Source: Actinomycetes bacterium
GTDB taxonomy: Bacteria; Actinomycetota; Actinomycetes; Prado026
Length of the DNA: 64,000 nucleotides
NCBI GenBank assembly: GCA_038210415.1
Contig: JBBQWS010000011.1
Location: forward strand, 1,593-65,592
Direction of reading: 5' to 3'
The notes beneath the pieces were generated by a model that searched no databases, was not told where the DNA came from, and saw nothing but the letters and a program-made list of their open reading frames with translations. Each line of letters begins with the position of its first letter. Position 1 is the first letter of the stretch. A program made the translations under genes and the position numbers. Shown one piece after another: positions 50,134 through 58,920 of the stretch.

Positions 50134-52728
50134 GTGCCCGACGAGACCACCCCCCCGGCTCCCGACGAGACCGTTCCCGAGGTCATCACCGACCGTGTCG
50201 AGCTGGTCGACATCCAGGTCGAGATGCAGCGCTCCTACCTCGACTACGCGATGAGCGTCATCGTCGGCCGGGCCTTGCCGGACGTCCGCGACGGCCTCAA
50301 ACCGGTGCACCGCCGAGTGCTCTACGCGATGTACGACGGCGGCTACCGCCCGGACCGTGGGTACTCCAAGTGCGCCCGCGTCGTCGGGGCGGTCATGGGC
50401 GACTACCACCCGCACGGCGACTCCTCGATCTACGACGCCCTCGTCCGGCTGGCCCAGCCGTGGTCGCTGCGCTACCCGCTGATCGACGGCAACGGAAACT
50501 TTGGCTCGCCGGGCAACGACCCGGCCGCGGCCATGCGCTACACCGAGTGCCGGCTCGACCCGCTGGCCATGGAGATGATGCGCGACATCGACGAGGACAC
50601 CGTCGACTTCTCGCCCAACTACGACGGCCGCGCGCAGGAGCCGAACGTCCTGCCGAGCCGGTTCCCCAACCTCCTCGTCAACGGTTCGTCCGGGATCGCC
50701 GTCGGCATGGCCACCAGCATCCCGCCGCACAACCTGCGCGAGGTGGCGTCGGGCGTCCTGTGGTACCTCGAGAACCCTGCTGCTTCGTCTGAGGAGCTGC
50801 TCGATGCGCTGCTCGAGCGGATCAAGGGCCCCGACTTCCCGACCCGCGGCCTGATCGTCGGCCGTCGCGGCATCGACGAGGCCTACCGCACCGGGCGCGG
50901 CTCGATCACCATGCGCGCCGTGGTGGAGGTCGAGGAGATCAACAACCGCGCCTGCCTGGTGATCACCGAGCTGCCCTTCCAGGTCAACCCCGACAACCTC
51001 GCGCTCAAGATCGCCGACCTCGTCAAGGACGGCAAGATCGGCGGCATCGCCGACGTCCGGGACGAGGGCAACGAGCGCAAGGGCCAGCGGCTCGTCATCG
51101 TGCTCAAGCGCGACGCCGTCGCCAAGGTCGTGCTGAACAACCTCTACAAGCACACACAGCTGCAGGACACGTTCGGCTGCAACATGCTGGCCCTGGTCGA
51201 CGGGGTGCCGCGCACGTTGCGGCTCGACGAGTTCGTCCGCGCGTACGTCGTCCACCAGGTCGAGGTCATCCGGCGGCGCACCGCGTACCGCCTGCGCAAG
51301 GCCGAGGAGCGCGCCCACATCCTGCGCGGGCTGGCGAAAGCGCTCGACCAGCTCGACGCGGTGATCGCGCTCATCCGCAGCTCGCCGTCCGCCGACGAGG
51401 CCCGCGGCGGGCTGATCTCCCTGCTCGACATCGACGAGCTGCAGGCCAACGCGATCCTCGACATGCAGCTGCGCCGGCTGGCGGCCCTCGAACGGCAACG
51501 GATCATTGACACCCTGGCCGAGATCGAGGCCGAGATCGCCGAGCTCAGCGCGATCCTGGCCAGCGACGAGCGGCAGCGTTCCATCGTCGCGGAGGAGCTC
51601 ACCACCCTCGTCGAGAAGTACGGCGACGAGCGGCGCACCCGGATCATCGGGGCCGAGGGCGAGATGTCCATGGAGGACCTCATCGCCGAGGAAGACGTCG
51701 TCGTGACGATCACGCGCGGCGGCTATGCCAAGCGCACCAAGGCCGACCTGTACCGCCTGCAGCGGCGCGGCGGCAAGGGCGTTCGCGGGGCCCAGCTTCG
51801 TGAGGACGACCTGGTCGAGCAGTTCTTCGTCACGACGACGCACGACTGGATCCTGTTCTTCACGAACATGGGCCGGGTCTACCGTGCGAAGGCGTACGAG
51901 CTGCCCGAGCTCGGGCGCGACGCCAAGGGCCAGCATGTCGCGAACCTGCTCGCGTTCCAGCCCGACGAGCGGATCGCCGAGGTGCTCGACCTGCGCGACT
52001 ACTCCGTCGCGCCCAACCTGGTGCTGGCGACCAAGCACGGCTTGGTGAAGAAGACCCGGCTGCTCGACTACGACTCCAACCGCAGCGGCGGGGTCATCGC
52101 GATCAACCTGCGTGACGACGACGAGCTCATCGCCGCGCGGCTGGTCGGGCACGCCGACGACCTGTTGCTGGTGAGCCGTCGCGGCCAGTCGGTGCGCTTC
52201 ACCGCCGACAACGACAGCCTGCGCCCGATGGGCCGGGCCACCTCCGGCGTGATCGGGATGCGGTTCCGCGGCGACGACGAGCTGCTCGCGATGGACGTCG
52301 TCCGCGACGGAGGGTCGGCGCTGCTGACCGTCACCGACGGCGGCTACGCCAAGCGCACCCCGCTCGAGGCCTGGACGCCCAAGGGCCGCGGCGGCCTGGG
52401 CGTCATCGCGATGCGCATCGTCGAGGAACGCGGGTCGCTCGTGGGCGCGATGGTCGTCAACGAGGGGGACGAGGTGATGGCGATAACGGCGGCCGGTGGG
52501 GTGATCCGGACCCCGATCAACACCGACTCGCTGCGGCTGACGTCGCGCGACACCATGGGCGTGCGCTTGATGAACCTCGGCGAGGGTGACACCGTCGTGG
52601 CTGTGGCGCACAACGCTGAGAGCGATGACGACGACGACAGCGAGGACACGGACTACTCCGGCGAGTCGGTCGAGGTCGAGGTGACGCCTGCAGATGCGCC
52701 GGCGGTCGAGCCCGAGGCGAGCTCGTGA
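50134..52728 (+). CDS. gyrA: DNA gyrase subunit A
   Basis: [20 protein letters not shown]; catalytic Tyr in [10 protein letters not shown]; C-terminal beta-pinwheel repeats and an acidic tail. Confidence 0.95.
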   Translation: MPDETTPPAPDETVPEVITDRVELVDIQVEMQRSYLDYAMSVIVGRALPDVRDGLKPVHRRVLYAMYDGGYRPDRGYSKCARVVGAVMGDYHPHGDSSIYDALVRLAQPWSLRYPLIDGNGNFGSPGNDPAAAMRYTECRLDPLAMEMMRDIDEDTVDFSPNYDGRAQEPNVLPSRFPNLLVNGSSGIAVGMATSIPPHNLREVASGVLWYLENPAASSEELLDALLERIKGPDFPTRGLIVGRRGIDEAYRTGRGSITMRAVVEVEEINNRACLVITELPFQVNPDNLALKIADLVKDGKIGGIADVRDEGNERKGQRLVIVLKRDAVAKVVLNNLYKHTQLQDTFGCNMLALVDGVPRTLRLDEFVRAYVVHQVEVIRRRTAYRLRKAEERAHILRGLAKALDQLDAVIALIRSSPSADEARGGLISLLDIDELQANAILDMQLRRLAALERQRIIDTLAEIEAEIAELSAILASDERQRSIVAEELTTLVEKYGDERRTRIIGAEGEMSMEDLIAEEDVVVTITRGGYAKRTKADLYRLQRRGGKGVRGAQLREDDLVEQFFVTTTHDWILFFTNMGRVYRAKAYELPELGRDAKGQHVANLLAFQPDERIAEVLDLRDYSVAPNLVLATKHGLVKKTRLLDYDSNRSGGVIAINLRDDDELIAARLVGHADDLLLVSRRGQSVRFTADNDSLRPMGRATSGVIGMRFRGDDELLAMDVVRDGGSALLTVTDGGYAKRTPLEAWTPKGRGGLGVIAMRIVEERGSLVGAMVVNEGDEVMAITAAGGVIRTPINTDSLRLTSRDTMGVRLMNLGEGDTVVAVAHNAESDDDDDSEDTDYSGESVEVEVTPADAPAVEPEASS

Positions 52729-53153
52729 CGGCCGGCCCGACCACCGATCGGGGCACCGTGGTCGCGCCAACCAACAAGCCCGTCGCCTCGGTGCGCCGGG
52801 CCCGCGTCGCGATCACCAAGGTCGACCCGTGGTCGGTGATGAAGCTGTCGTTCGTCCTGTCGATCGGGCTCGGCGTGGTCACCGTGGTCGCGGTCACGCT
52901 GCTCTACGGCGTGCTGGCCGCCACGGGCACGTTCGACGCACTGAGCAAGACGATCGGCAGCGTGGCCGGCAACGACACCGGCTTCCGGATCGAAGACGTC
53001 ATCTCGATGCAGGTCGTGGTGCGCTACTCCACCGTGATCGCGCTGATCGATGTCGTGCTCATCACGGCGCTGGCGACCCTCGGGTCGTTCCTGTTCAACC
53101 TCACCACCGGCCTGGTGGGAGGGATCGACATCACCCTGACCGAGTCCGACTGA
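52725..53153 (+). CDS. DUF3566-type membrane protein (conserved after gyrA)
   Basis: GTGA overlap with the gyrA stop. [21 protein letters not shown] and a second TM segment. The position matches the gene after gyrA in other actinobacteria (memory). Confidence 0.75.
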   Translation: MTAGPTTDRGTVVAPTNKPVASVRRARVAITKVDPWSVMKLSFVLSIGLGVVTVVAVTLLYGVLAATGTFDALSKTIGSVAGNDTGFRIEDVISMQVVVRYSTVIALIDVVLITALATLGSFLFNLTTGLVGGIDITLTESD

Positions 53154-53210
53154 CCTGGTTGGGTGGGTCGTCGCAGGTCAGGTAACCTGTCGTTCGCGCT
53201 GCGGCGCACG

Positions 53211-53284
53211 GGGCCTATAGCTCAGACGGTTAGAGCGCTTCCCTGATAAGGAAGAGGCCGGAGGTTCAAGTCCTCCTAGGCCCA
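53211..53284 (+). tRNA. tRNA-Ile (anticodon GAT)
   Basis: Cloverleaf folded by hand. Acceptor GGGCCTA/TAGGCCC, D arm GCTC/GAGC, anticodon arm CTTCC-CTGATAA-GGAAG, T arm GGAGG-TTCAAGT-CCTCC, discriminator A. 74 nt; CCA is not encoded. Confidence 0.93.
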
Positions 53285-53372
53285 CCCCGCATCACCGCGC
53301 TGGCCGCGGCACGCCGGAGGTCCCGACCCGCCGACTATGCTGGCCCCCAAGGACTCGATGAGAGGGACGACC

Positions 53373-53501
53373 GTGAAGAAGATTGTTCTGCTCGGGCTGG
53401 CAGGGGCGGCTGGCTTCTTCGCGTGGAAGAAGGTCCAGAGCGACAAGCAGGAGCAGGACCTGTGGACCGAGGCGACGAACGAGGCCGCCGACCTTCGCTA
53501 G
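53373..53501 (+). CDS. 42-aa membrane micro-protein with DLW motif (DLW-39-like family)
   Basis: Not in the ORF track. GTG 53373 follows GAGGGACGACC. Product VKKIVLLGLAGAAGFFAWKKVQSDKQEQDLWTEATNEAADLR, TAG at 53499-53501. It sits between two tRNA genes, as I recall for this family. Confidence 0.6.
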   Translation: MKKIVLLGLAGAAGFFAWKKVQSDKQEQDLWTEATNEAADLR

Positions 53502-53529
53502 TCCGCACCTTGCGCCACGCACGACTCCA

Positions 53530-53602
53530 GGGGACGTAGCTCAATTGGCAGAGCACTGCCTTTGCAAGGCAGGGGTTAGGGGTTCGATTCCCCTCGTCTC
53601 CA
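53530..53602 (+). tRNA. tRNA-Ala (anticodon TGC)
   Basis: Acceptor GGGGACG/CGTCTCC includes the G3:U70 identity pair. Anticodon arm CTGCC-TTTGCAA-GGCAG; T arm AGGGG-TTCGATT-CCCCT. 73 nt. Confidence 0.93.
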
Positions 53603-53675
53603 CCGCCGCTCGTCAGAGCCCACTGATTCCGCGCGACGACTGGCCCGATGGCGGCTCAAGCGGCAGGCTTTGGTC

Positions 53676-54182
53676 ATGCGCGTACGCGTGACGCTCGGTG
53701 ACCTGGCGCAGACGCCGGCCGATGCCATCGTGCGCGCGACCGTCCCCCGGTTCGAGGTCGCCACCAACGAGCCTCTGCTCTCCGCGGCCGGCCCGCAGGT
53801 TGCCAGCGCGTGCGACGAGCTCCGCCGGCTCGTCTACCCTCAGGGCCTGCCGATCGGCGAGGCCGTCTCGACCTCAGCGGGTGACCTGCCGGCGCGGTGG
53901 CTGATCCACGTCGCCGTACCTCTGTTCACGGTCCGCGCCGATCACGAGTACCTCTACACCGCCGCGTACCGGTCGGCCCTGCGGGTCGCCGACGAGCTCG
54001 GTGCGCGGACGCTGGCCGTGCAACCGTTCGGCTCGACGCATCCGTACTGGCCGCTGGACCAGGCGATCCGCTGCACGTTCAGCACCCTCCTCGGTACGCC
54101 GACCGTTGTGCGCGAGGTCCTGCTGGTGCTCAAGACCGCGGCGGCGTGCGAGGCCTACGCCGAGGCGCTCGCCCGACAGTAG
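53676..54182 (+). CDS. macro-domain-like protein (degenerate motifs)
   Basis: ATG 53676 (the ORF track uses TTG 53670). VTLGDLAQTPADAIV, GEAVSTSAGDLPARWLIHVAVP, and ADELGARTLAVQPFGS align by eye to the macro fold. The Gly-rich NAAN..GGGV loop is absent. Confidence 0.45.
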   Translation: MRVRVTLGDLAQTPADAIVRATVPRFEVATNEPLLSAAGPQVASACDELRRLVYPQGLPIGEAVSTSAGDLPARWLIHVAVPLFTVRADHEYLYTAAYRSALRVADELGARTLAVQPFGSTHPYWPLDQAIRCTFSTLLGTPTVVREVLLVLKTAAACEAYAEALARQ

Positions 54183-54245
54183 GCATCCGGCGTCGGCATG
54201 GCAGGATCGTGGGGTACGCGTGCGCACATCATCGAAGGAGCCTTC

Positions 54246-54776
54246 GTGGCCGAGCAGCTGTTTGCGACCCTGAACACCAACCACGGCGCCATCCGGATCC
54301 AGCTGTTCCCGGACCACGCCCCCAAGACCGTGCGCAACTTCGTCGAGCTGGCCGAGGGCGGCCGCGAGTGGACCCACCCGGGCACCGGCGCGAAGAGCTC
54401 CACGCCGCTGTACGACGGCACGAAGTTCCACCGCGTGATCCCGGGCTTCATGATCCATGGCGGCGACCCGATGGGCAGCGGCATGGGCGGGCCGGGCTAC
54501 AAGTTCCCCGACGAGTTCCACCCCGAGCTCGGCTTCGACCGACCGTACCTCCTGGCCATGGCGAACTCCGGCCCCAACACCAACGGCTCGCAGTTCTTCG
54601 TGACCGTCGGCGCCACGACCTGGCTGAACTTCAAGCACACGATCTTCGGAGAGGTGGCCGACGCGGCGAGCCGCGCGGTCGTCGACAGCATCGCGGGGAC
54701 CCCGACCGGTCGCGGCGACGTGCCGGTGGAGCCCGTGGTCGTCGAGTCGGTCACCATCGAACGCGTCGAGACCTGA
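54246..54776 (+). CDS. ppiA: cyclophilin-type peptidyl-prolyl cis-trans isomerase
   Basis: GTG 54246 lies 5 nt after GAAGGAG (alt ATG 54198). FHRVIPGFMIHGGDP and SGPNTNGSQFF motifs. Confidence 0.9.
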   Translation: MAEQLFATLNTNHGAIRIQLFPDHAPKTVRNFVELAEGGREWTHPGTGAKSSTPLYDGTKFHRVIPGFMIHGGDPMGSGMGGPGYKFPDEFHPELGFDRPYLLAMANSGPNTNGSQFFVTVGATTWLNFKHTIFGEVADAASRAVVDSIAGTPTGRGDVPVEPVVVESVTIERVET

Positions 54777-54788
54777 GCCAGGGCCTCG

Positions 54789-55709
54789 GTGAGCGGAAGC
54801 TCGATGGAGCCCGCGGAGTCCGCCGCTCCGCAGCGGTCGGTCTGCTACCGCCACTCTGACCGCGAGACGTACATCCGGTGCGGGCGGTGCGACCGGCTGA
54901 TCTGTCCCGACTGCATGACCAGTGCGTCGGTGGGCTTCCAGTGCCCCGAGTGCGTGCACGACGGGAAGACTTCGGTGCGGCAGGCCCGCACCGTCTTCGG
55001 AGCCGACGCGTCGGTCCGCCGGGCGATCGTCACCGAGACCCTCGTCGCGGCGTGCGTCGCCTGCTACGCCCTGCAGATCGCCATCCCGACGTTCACGGCT
55101 CGGTTCGAGCTGTCGGGGCTGCGGATCGCGAATGGCGACTGGTGGCGGTTGTTCACCGGCGGCTTCCTGCACGGGGGCCTGATCCACCTCGCGTTCAACA
55201 TGTGGGCGCTGCTCCTCGTGGGACGACAGCTGGAGCTCCAGCTCGGCCGGGTGCGGTTCGGTGCGCTGTACGCCGTGTCGTTGCTGGCCGGCTCCACGGC
55301 GTCGTACGTCTTCAGCCCGGCCACCTACCTGGGCGTCGGGGCGTCGGGGGCGATCTTCGGCCTGTTCGGTGGGCTGATCGTGGTCGCGCGCCGGATGAAT
55401 TGGCAGCTGAACGCCTTGGTCGGCCTGGTGCTGGTCAACTTCCTGATCCCCTTCGTCGTGCCGAACGTCGACTGGCGGGCGCACGTCGGTGGGCTCGTCG
55501 CGGGGCTCGTGCTGACCACGGCGTTCGCCTACTCCCCGGCAGGGCTACGCATCGTGCTGCCCGCGGTGGTGATCGCGGTCGTCAGCGTCGGTTGTGCCGT
55601 CGCGGTGACCCAGCGGTCGCAGGCGATCCGCAACGACCCCGAGTTCGCGTTCGTCTTCGAGTCGCCGGACCAGTACCTCCCGCTGCAGGAGTACCGCCCG
55701 TTCCCCTGA
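54789..55709 (+). CDS. rhomboid-family intramembrane serine protease with N-terminal Cys4 zinc ribbon
   Basis: CYRH..CGRC..CPDC..CPEC at the N-terminus. HLAFNMWAL and catalytic GASGAIFG. Six or more hydrophobic segments. Confidence 0.85.
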   Translation: MSGSSMEPAESAAPQRSVCYRHSDRETYIRCGRCDRLICPDCMTSASVGFQCPECVHDGKTSVRQARTVFGADASVRRAIVTETLVAACVACYALQIAIPTFTARFELSGLRIANGDWWRLFTGGFLHGGLIHLAFNMWALLLVGRQLELQLGRVRFGALYAVSLLAGSTASYVFSPATYLGVGASGAIFGLFGGLIVVARRMNWQLNALVGLVLVNFLIPFVVPNVDWRAHVGGLVAGLVLTTAFAYSPAGLRIVLPAVVIAVVSVGCAVAVTQRSQAIRNDPEFAFVFESPDQYLPLQEYRPFP

Positions 55710-55734
55710 CCGACCAACCCTCTTGGAGGTTGTC

Positions 55735-56904
55735 ATGCGTGACGCCGTGATCGTCGCCGCGGTTCGGACGCCGGTAGGTCGGCGCGGCGGGGTCCTGGCC
55801 GCGGTGCACCCGGTCGACCTCTCCGCGACCGTGCTGCGAGCGCTCGTCGAGCGCACCGGTATCGACCCGGGCCTGGTGGACGACGTCATCTGGGGCTGCG
55901 TGTCGCAGGTGGGCGAGCAGACCTTCAATATCGGGCGGAGCGCGGTGCTCGCCGCCGGTTGGCCCGAGTCCGTCCCCGCCACGACGGTCGATCGACAGTG
56001 CGGTTCGTCGCAGCAGGCGGTCGCGTTCGCCGCGGCCGGGCTGATCGCGGGGCAGTACGACGTCGTCGTGGCTGGTGGCGTCGAGGTGATGTCGCGGGTG
56101 CCGCTGGGGTCGTCTGCCGGCGTGGGTGGAATGCCGTTCGGCGAGACGGTGCTGGCCCGCTATGCCGACGAGCTGGGCGCCGCCGGCACTCCGATGTTCA
56201 ACCAGGGGGTCAGCGCGGAGATGATCGCCGCGCAGTGGGGTCAGACCCGCGAGCAGCTCGACGCGTTCGCCCTTCGCTCGCACGAGCGGGCCGCCCGGGC
56301 CATCGACGAAGGGCGTTTCGCCGGGCAGATCGTGCCGGTGACCCTGCCCGATGGCACGGTCGTCGACACCGACCAGGGCGTACGCCGCGGCGGCACGCTC
56401 GGGTCGATGGCCGCGCTGCCGACCCCGTTCCGGCCGGACGGCGTCGTGACCGCAGGCTCGTCGTCGCAGATCTCGGACGGCTCGGCCGCCCTGCTTCTGA
56501 TGACGTCCGAACGCGCCGGACAGCTCGGCCTGACGCCCCTGGCCCGGGTGCACAGCACGGTGGTGGTCGGCGCCGACCCGGTGCTGATGCTGACCGCCCC
56601 GATGCCGGCCACGACCGCCGTGCTCAAGAAGGCGGGGTTGGCCCTGGACGACATCGGTGCGTTCGAGGTCAACGAGGCGTTCGCCCCGGTGCCGCTGGCC
56701 TGGCTGGCCGACACGGGCGCCGATCCCGACCGGCTGAACGTCAACGGTGGGGCGATCGCGCTGGGGCACCCGCTGGGCGGCTCCGGTGCCCGGCTGATGA
56801 CGACCCTGCTGCACCACCTGGTCGACGACGGGCTGCAGTACGGGCTGCAGACCATGTGCGAAGGCGGCGGGCTCGCCAACGCGACCATCCTGGAACGGCT
56901 CTGA
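55735..56904 (+). CDS. acetyl-CoA C-acyltransferase (thiolase)
   Basis: ATG 55735 after GGAGG. Active-site VDRQCGSSQQA, NGGAIALGHPLG and CEGGGLA. Confidence 0.9.
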   Translation: MRDAVIVAAVRTPVGRRGGVLAAVHPVDLSATVLRALVERTGIDPGLVDDVIWGCVSQVGEQTFNIGRSAVLAAGWPESVPATTVDRQCGSSQQAVAFAAAGLIAGQYDVVVAGGVEVMSRVPLGSSAGVGGMPFGETVLARYADELGAAGTPMFNQGVSAEMIAAQWGQTREQLDAFALRSHERAARAIDEGRFAGQIVPVTLPDGTVVDTDQGVRRGGTLGSMAALPTPFRPDGVVTAGSSSQISDGSAALLLMTSERAGQLGLTPLARVHSTVVVGADPVLMLTAPMPATTAVLKKAGLALDDIGAFEVNEAFAPVPLAWLADTGADPDRLNVNGGAIALGHPLGGSGARLMTTLLHHLVDDGLQYGLQTMCEGGGLANATILERL

Positions 56905-56923
56905 CGCTCGTGCGCGGCCCGAG

Positions 56924-56955
56924 TTGTCCACACTGGGGACAAGCCATGTGGAGAA
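56924..56955. promoter_or_regulatory. cluster of three DnaA-box-like 9-mers outside oriC
   Basis: TTGTCCACA (56924-56932, perfect consensus), TGGGGACAA (56934-56942, 1 mismatch, opposite orientation) and TGTGGAGAA (56947-56955, 1 mismatch). They lie in the convergent thiolase/crgA spacer. Confidence 0.45.
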
Positions 56956-56978
56956 CTACACCGGTGTAAGTCCGCGGG

Positions 56979-57230
56979 CTACTTCCAGCGGGTGGCGGTG
57001 AGGAACCCGGCGCCGAGCAGGCCGAACCCGATCACGATGTTCCAGTTGCCGAGGCTGGTGCCCGGGATCACGGTGCCCGCGATGTAGAACGTCACGATCC
57101 AGATGAGTCCCAGGATGAAGAACGTCACCATGAGCGGCGCCACCCAGCGCCCGCTGACCCGCTGGGACAGCGGCACCGCCTTGGTCGGCGGCGTGAAGTT
57201 CGCCTTGCGTCGGATTCGCGACTTCGGCAC
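56979..57230 (-). CDS. crgA: cell division protein CrgA
   Basis: GTG 57230, about 10 nt after GAGGAG, gives VPKSRIRRKANFTPP. Two TM helices and a C-terminal RWK. The ORF-track start 57239 abuts the SD. Confidence 0.88.
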   Translation of the reverse strand: MPKSRIRRKANFTPPTKAVPLSQRVSGRWVAPLMVTFFILGLIWIVTFYIAGTVIPGTSLGNWNIVIGFGLLGAGFLTATRWK

Positions 57231-57280
57231 GGCGGACACTCCTCAAAGAATGGGCTCTGGCGTCCGTTAGCGTAGACGAC

Positions 57281-58009
57281 ATGAACCCGGCTGCGAGGTG
57301 GCGACTCGGCGTGCCCGTCGTCTGCGCATTCGCCGGGCTGCTCATGGCCACCAGCGCGACCACCGCACACGGCACCGACCTGCGCTCCGATCGCCGGCTT
57401 GATCTCGCCGACCTGATCCGCGAGCAGGCCCGGCGGGCCGCCGTCGGCACCGACCAGGTGCAGCAGGTTCGCGACGAGGTCGACCGGCTGACCCAGCTCC
57501 GGGGCGCCGACGACGTACGCGTTCAGCAGGCCCGGGCGGAGGCTGACCGGTTGGCCGTGCTGGCCGGCCTGACCTCGGTCGTCGGGCCCGGCGTGACCGT
57601 CGCGCTCGACGACGCCCACCGAGACCCCGGTTCGCCGTTGCCCGCGGGAGTGTCCCCGGACGACCTGGTGATCCACCAGCAGGACGTTCAGGCCGTGGTC
57701 AACGCGATGTGGGCCGGCGGCGCCGAAGCGGTCGAGGTGATGGACCAGCGGCTGCTGTCGACCAGTGCGGTCCGGTGCGTCGGCAACACCTTGATCCTCG
57801 GCGGCCGGGTCTACTCGCCGCCGTTCACGATCGCCGCTGTCGGCAGTCCTGTCGCGCTGCGCAACGCCATCGACTCGGCGCCCGATCTGGTCAACCTGCG
57901 GCAGTGGGTCGACGCGGTCGGGCTGGGCTACTCCGTGGTGACGTCGCGAACCCTGACCGTCCCGGCGTACGCCGGCCCGTTGGCCCTCACCCACGCGAGG
58001 ACCCCGTGA
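57281..58009 (+). CDS. DUF881-domain membrane protein
   Basis: N-terminal TM, coiled region, then VGPGVTVALDD...HQQDVQAVVNAMWAGGAEAV...PPFTIAAVG, typical of DUF881. Conserved next to crgA. Confidence 0.8.
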   Translation: MNPAARWRLGVPVVCAFAGLLMATSATTAHGTDLRSDRRLDLADLIREQARRAAVGTDQVQQVRDEVDRLTQLRGADDVRVQQARAEADRLAVLAGLTSVVGPGVTVALDDAHRDPGSPLPAGVSPDDLVIHQQDVQAVVNAMWAGGAEAVEVMDQRLLSTSAVRCVGNTLILGGRVYSPPFTIAAVGSPVALRNAIDSAPDLVNLRQWVDAVGLGYSVVTSRTLTVPAYAGPLALTHARTP

Positions 58010-58218
58010 CCGACGGTGGCGAGGTCGGCTCGATGCCGTCCTCCCTGTACGGCTGGCTGTGGAGCAAGCTGCCGGGCGGGCGCGCCCTGCATCTGGTCCT
58101 CGTGCTGCTGGCCGTTGCGGCTGTCGTGCTCGTGCTGTTCGGCTGGGTCTTCCCCTGGCTCGAGCCGCGACTGCCCTGGGTCGACGTCACCGTCGGCGGC
58201 CCGGGTACGGGAGGATGA
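58006..58218 (+). CDS. small hydrophobic protein (70 aa or 61 aa), hypothetical
   Basis: GTG 58006 overlaps the DUF881 stop (GTGA); alt ATG 58033. Contains LHLVLVLLAVAAVVLVLFGWVFPWL. Ends 4 nt before the trpG start. Confidence 0.45.
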   Translation: MTDGGEVGSMPSSLYGWLWSKLPGGRALHLVLVLLAVAAVVLVLFGWVFPWLEPRLPWVDVTVGGPGTGG

Positions 58219-58222
58219 CCCG

Positions 58223-58906
58223 GTGACCGCGACCGCTCCCGCTGCTGCGACCGGACAGGTGCGCCCCCGCATCGACGGCAGGGCGCCCGTCCGGGTGCTC
58301 GTCGTCGACAACTACGACTCCTTCGTCTTCAACCTCGTGCAGTACCTCGCGCAGCTCGGCGCCCAGACCGTGGTCCTGCGCAACGACGAGCTGACGCCCG
58401 CCGACGCCGACGAGTTCGACGGTGTGCTCCTGTCACCCGGGCCGGGCACGCCGCAGGAGGCCGGGGTCTGCATCGACCTGGTGCGGCACGCGATGGGGCG
58501 GATCCCGCTGCTGGGGGTGTGCCTGGGTCACCAGGCCATCGCGGTCGCGTTCGGTGCGACGGTCGACCGCGCTCCCGAGCTGCTGCACGGCAAGACCTCA
58601 CTGGTGCACCACTCAGGCGAGGGAATCCTGGCCGGGCTCCCCGACCCGTTCACGGCCACCCGCTACCACTCGCTCGCCGTGCGGTCCGAGACCGTGCCGC
58701 CCGAGCTCGTGGTCACCGGTCACACCGACAGCGGTGTGATCATGGCGCTCCGGCACCGTGACCTCGACCTCGAGGGCGTGCAGTTCCACCCGGAGTCGGT
58801 GCTCACGCAGGGCGGCCACCGCATGCTGGCCAACTGGCTGGTCCGGCTCGGCGACCCGACCGCCGTCGAGCGGTCGGCCGGGCTGGCCCCCGTGGTCAGC
58901 GCCTGA
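58223..58906 (+). CDS. trpG: anthranilate/aminodeoxychorismate synthase component II (glutamine amidotransferase)
   Basis: GTG 58223. VLVVDNYDSFVFNLVQYL, catalytic GVCLGHQ, and VQFHPES. Confidence 0.9.
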   Translation: MTATAPAAATGQVRPRIDGRAPVRVLVVDNYDSFVFNLVQYLAQLGAQTVVLRNDELTPADADEFDGVLLSPGPGTPQEAGVCIDLVRHAMGRIPLLGVCLGHQAIAVAFGATVDRAPELLHGKTSLVHHSGEGILAGLPDPFTATRYHSLAVRSETVPPELVVTGHTDSGVIMALRHRDLDLEGVQFHPESVLTQGGHRMLANWLVRLGDPTAVERSAGLAPVVSA

Positions 58907-58920
58907 CCGGTCCGGTCAGG
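58902..58920. terminator. bidirectional hairpin between convergent trpG and pknB
   Basis: CCTGACCGGTCCGGTCAGG has arms CCTGACC/GGTCAGG with a 5-nt loop. The trpG TGA (58904-58906) and the pknB stop (tca, 58916-58918) lie in opposite arms. Confidence 0.4.

Noticed and set aside
53154-53669. tRNA genes as a possible integration hotspot or genomic-island border
   Set aside because: There is no integrase, no direct repeat of a tRNA 3' end, and no compositional break nearby. The flanking genes are conserved core genes.
53383-53691. 102-aa ORF downstream of tRNA-Ile
   Set aside because: It reads straight through the tRNA-Ala gene (53530-53602). The plausible coding unit in this spacer is the 42-aa ORF in another frame (53373-53501).
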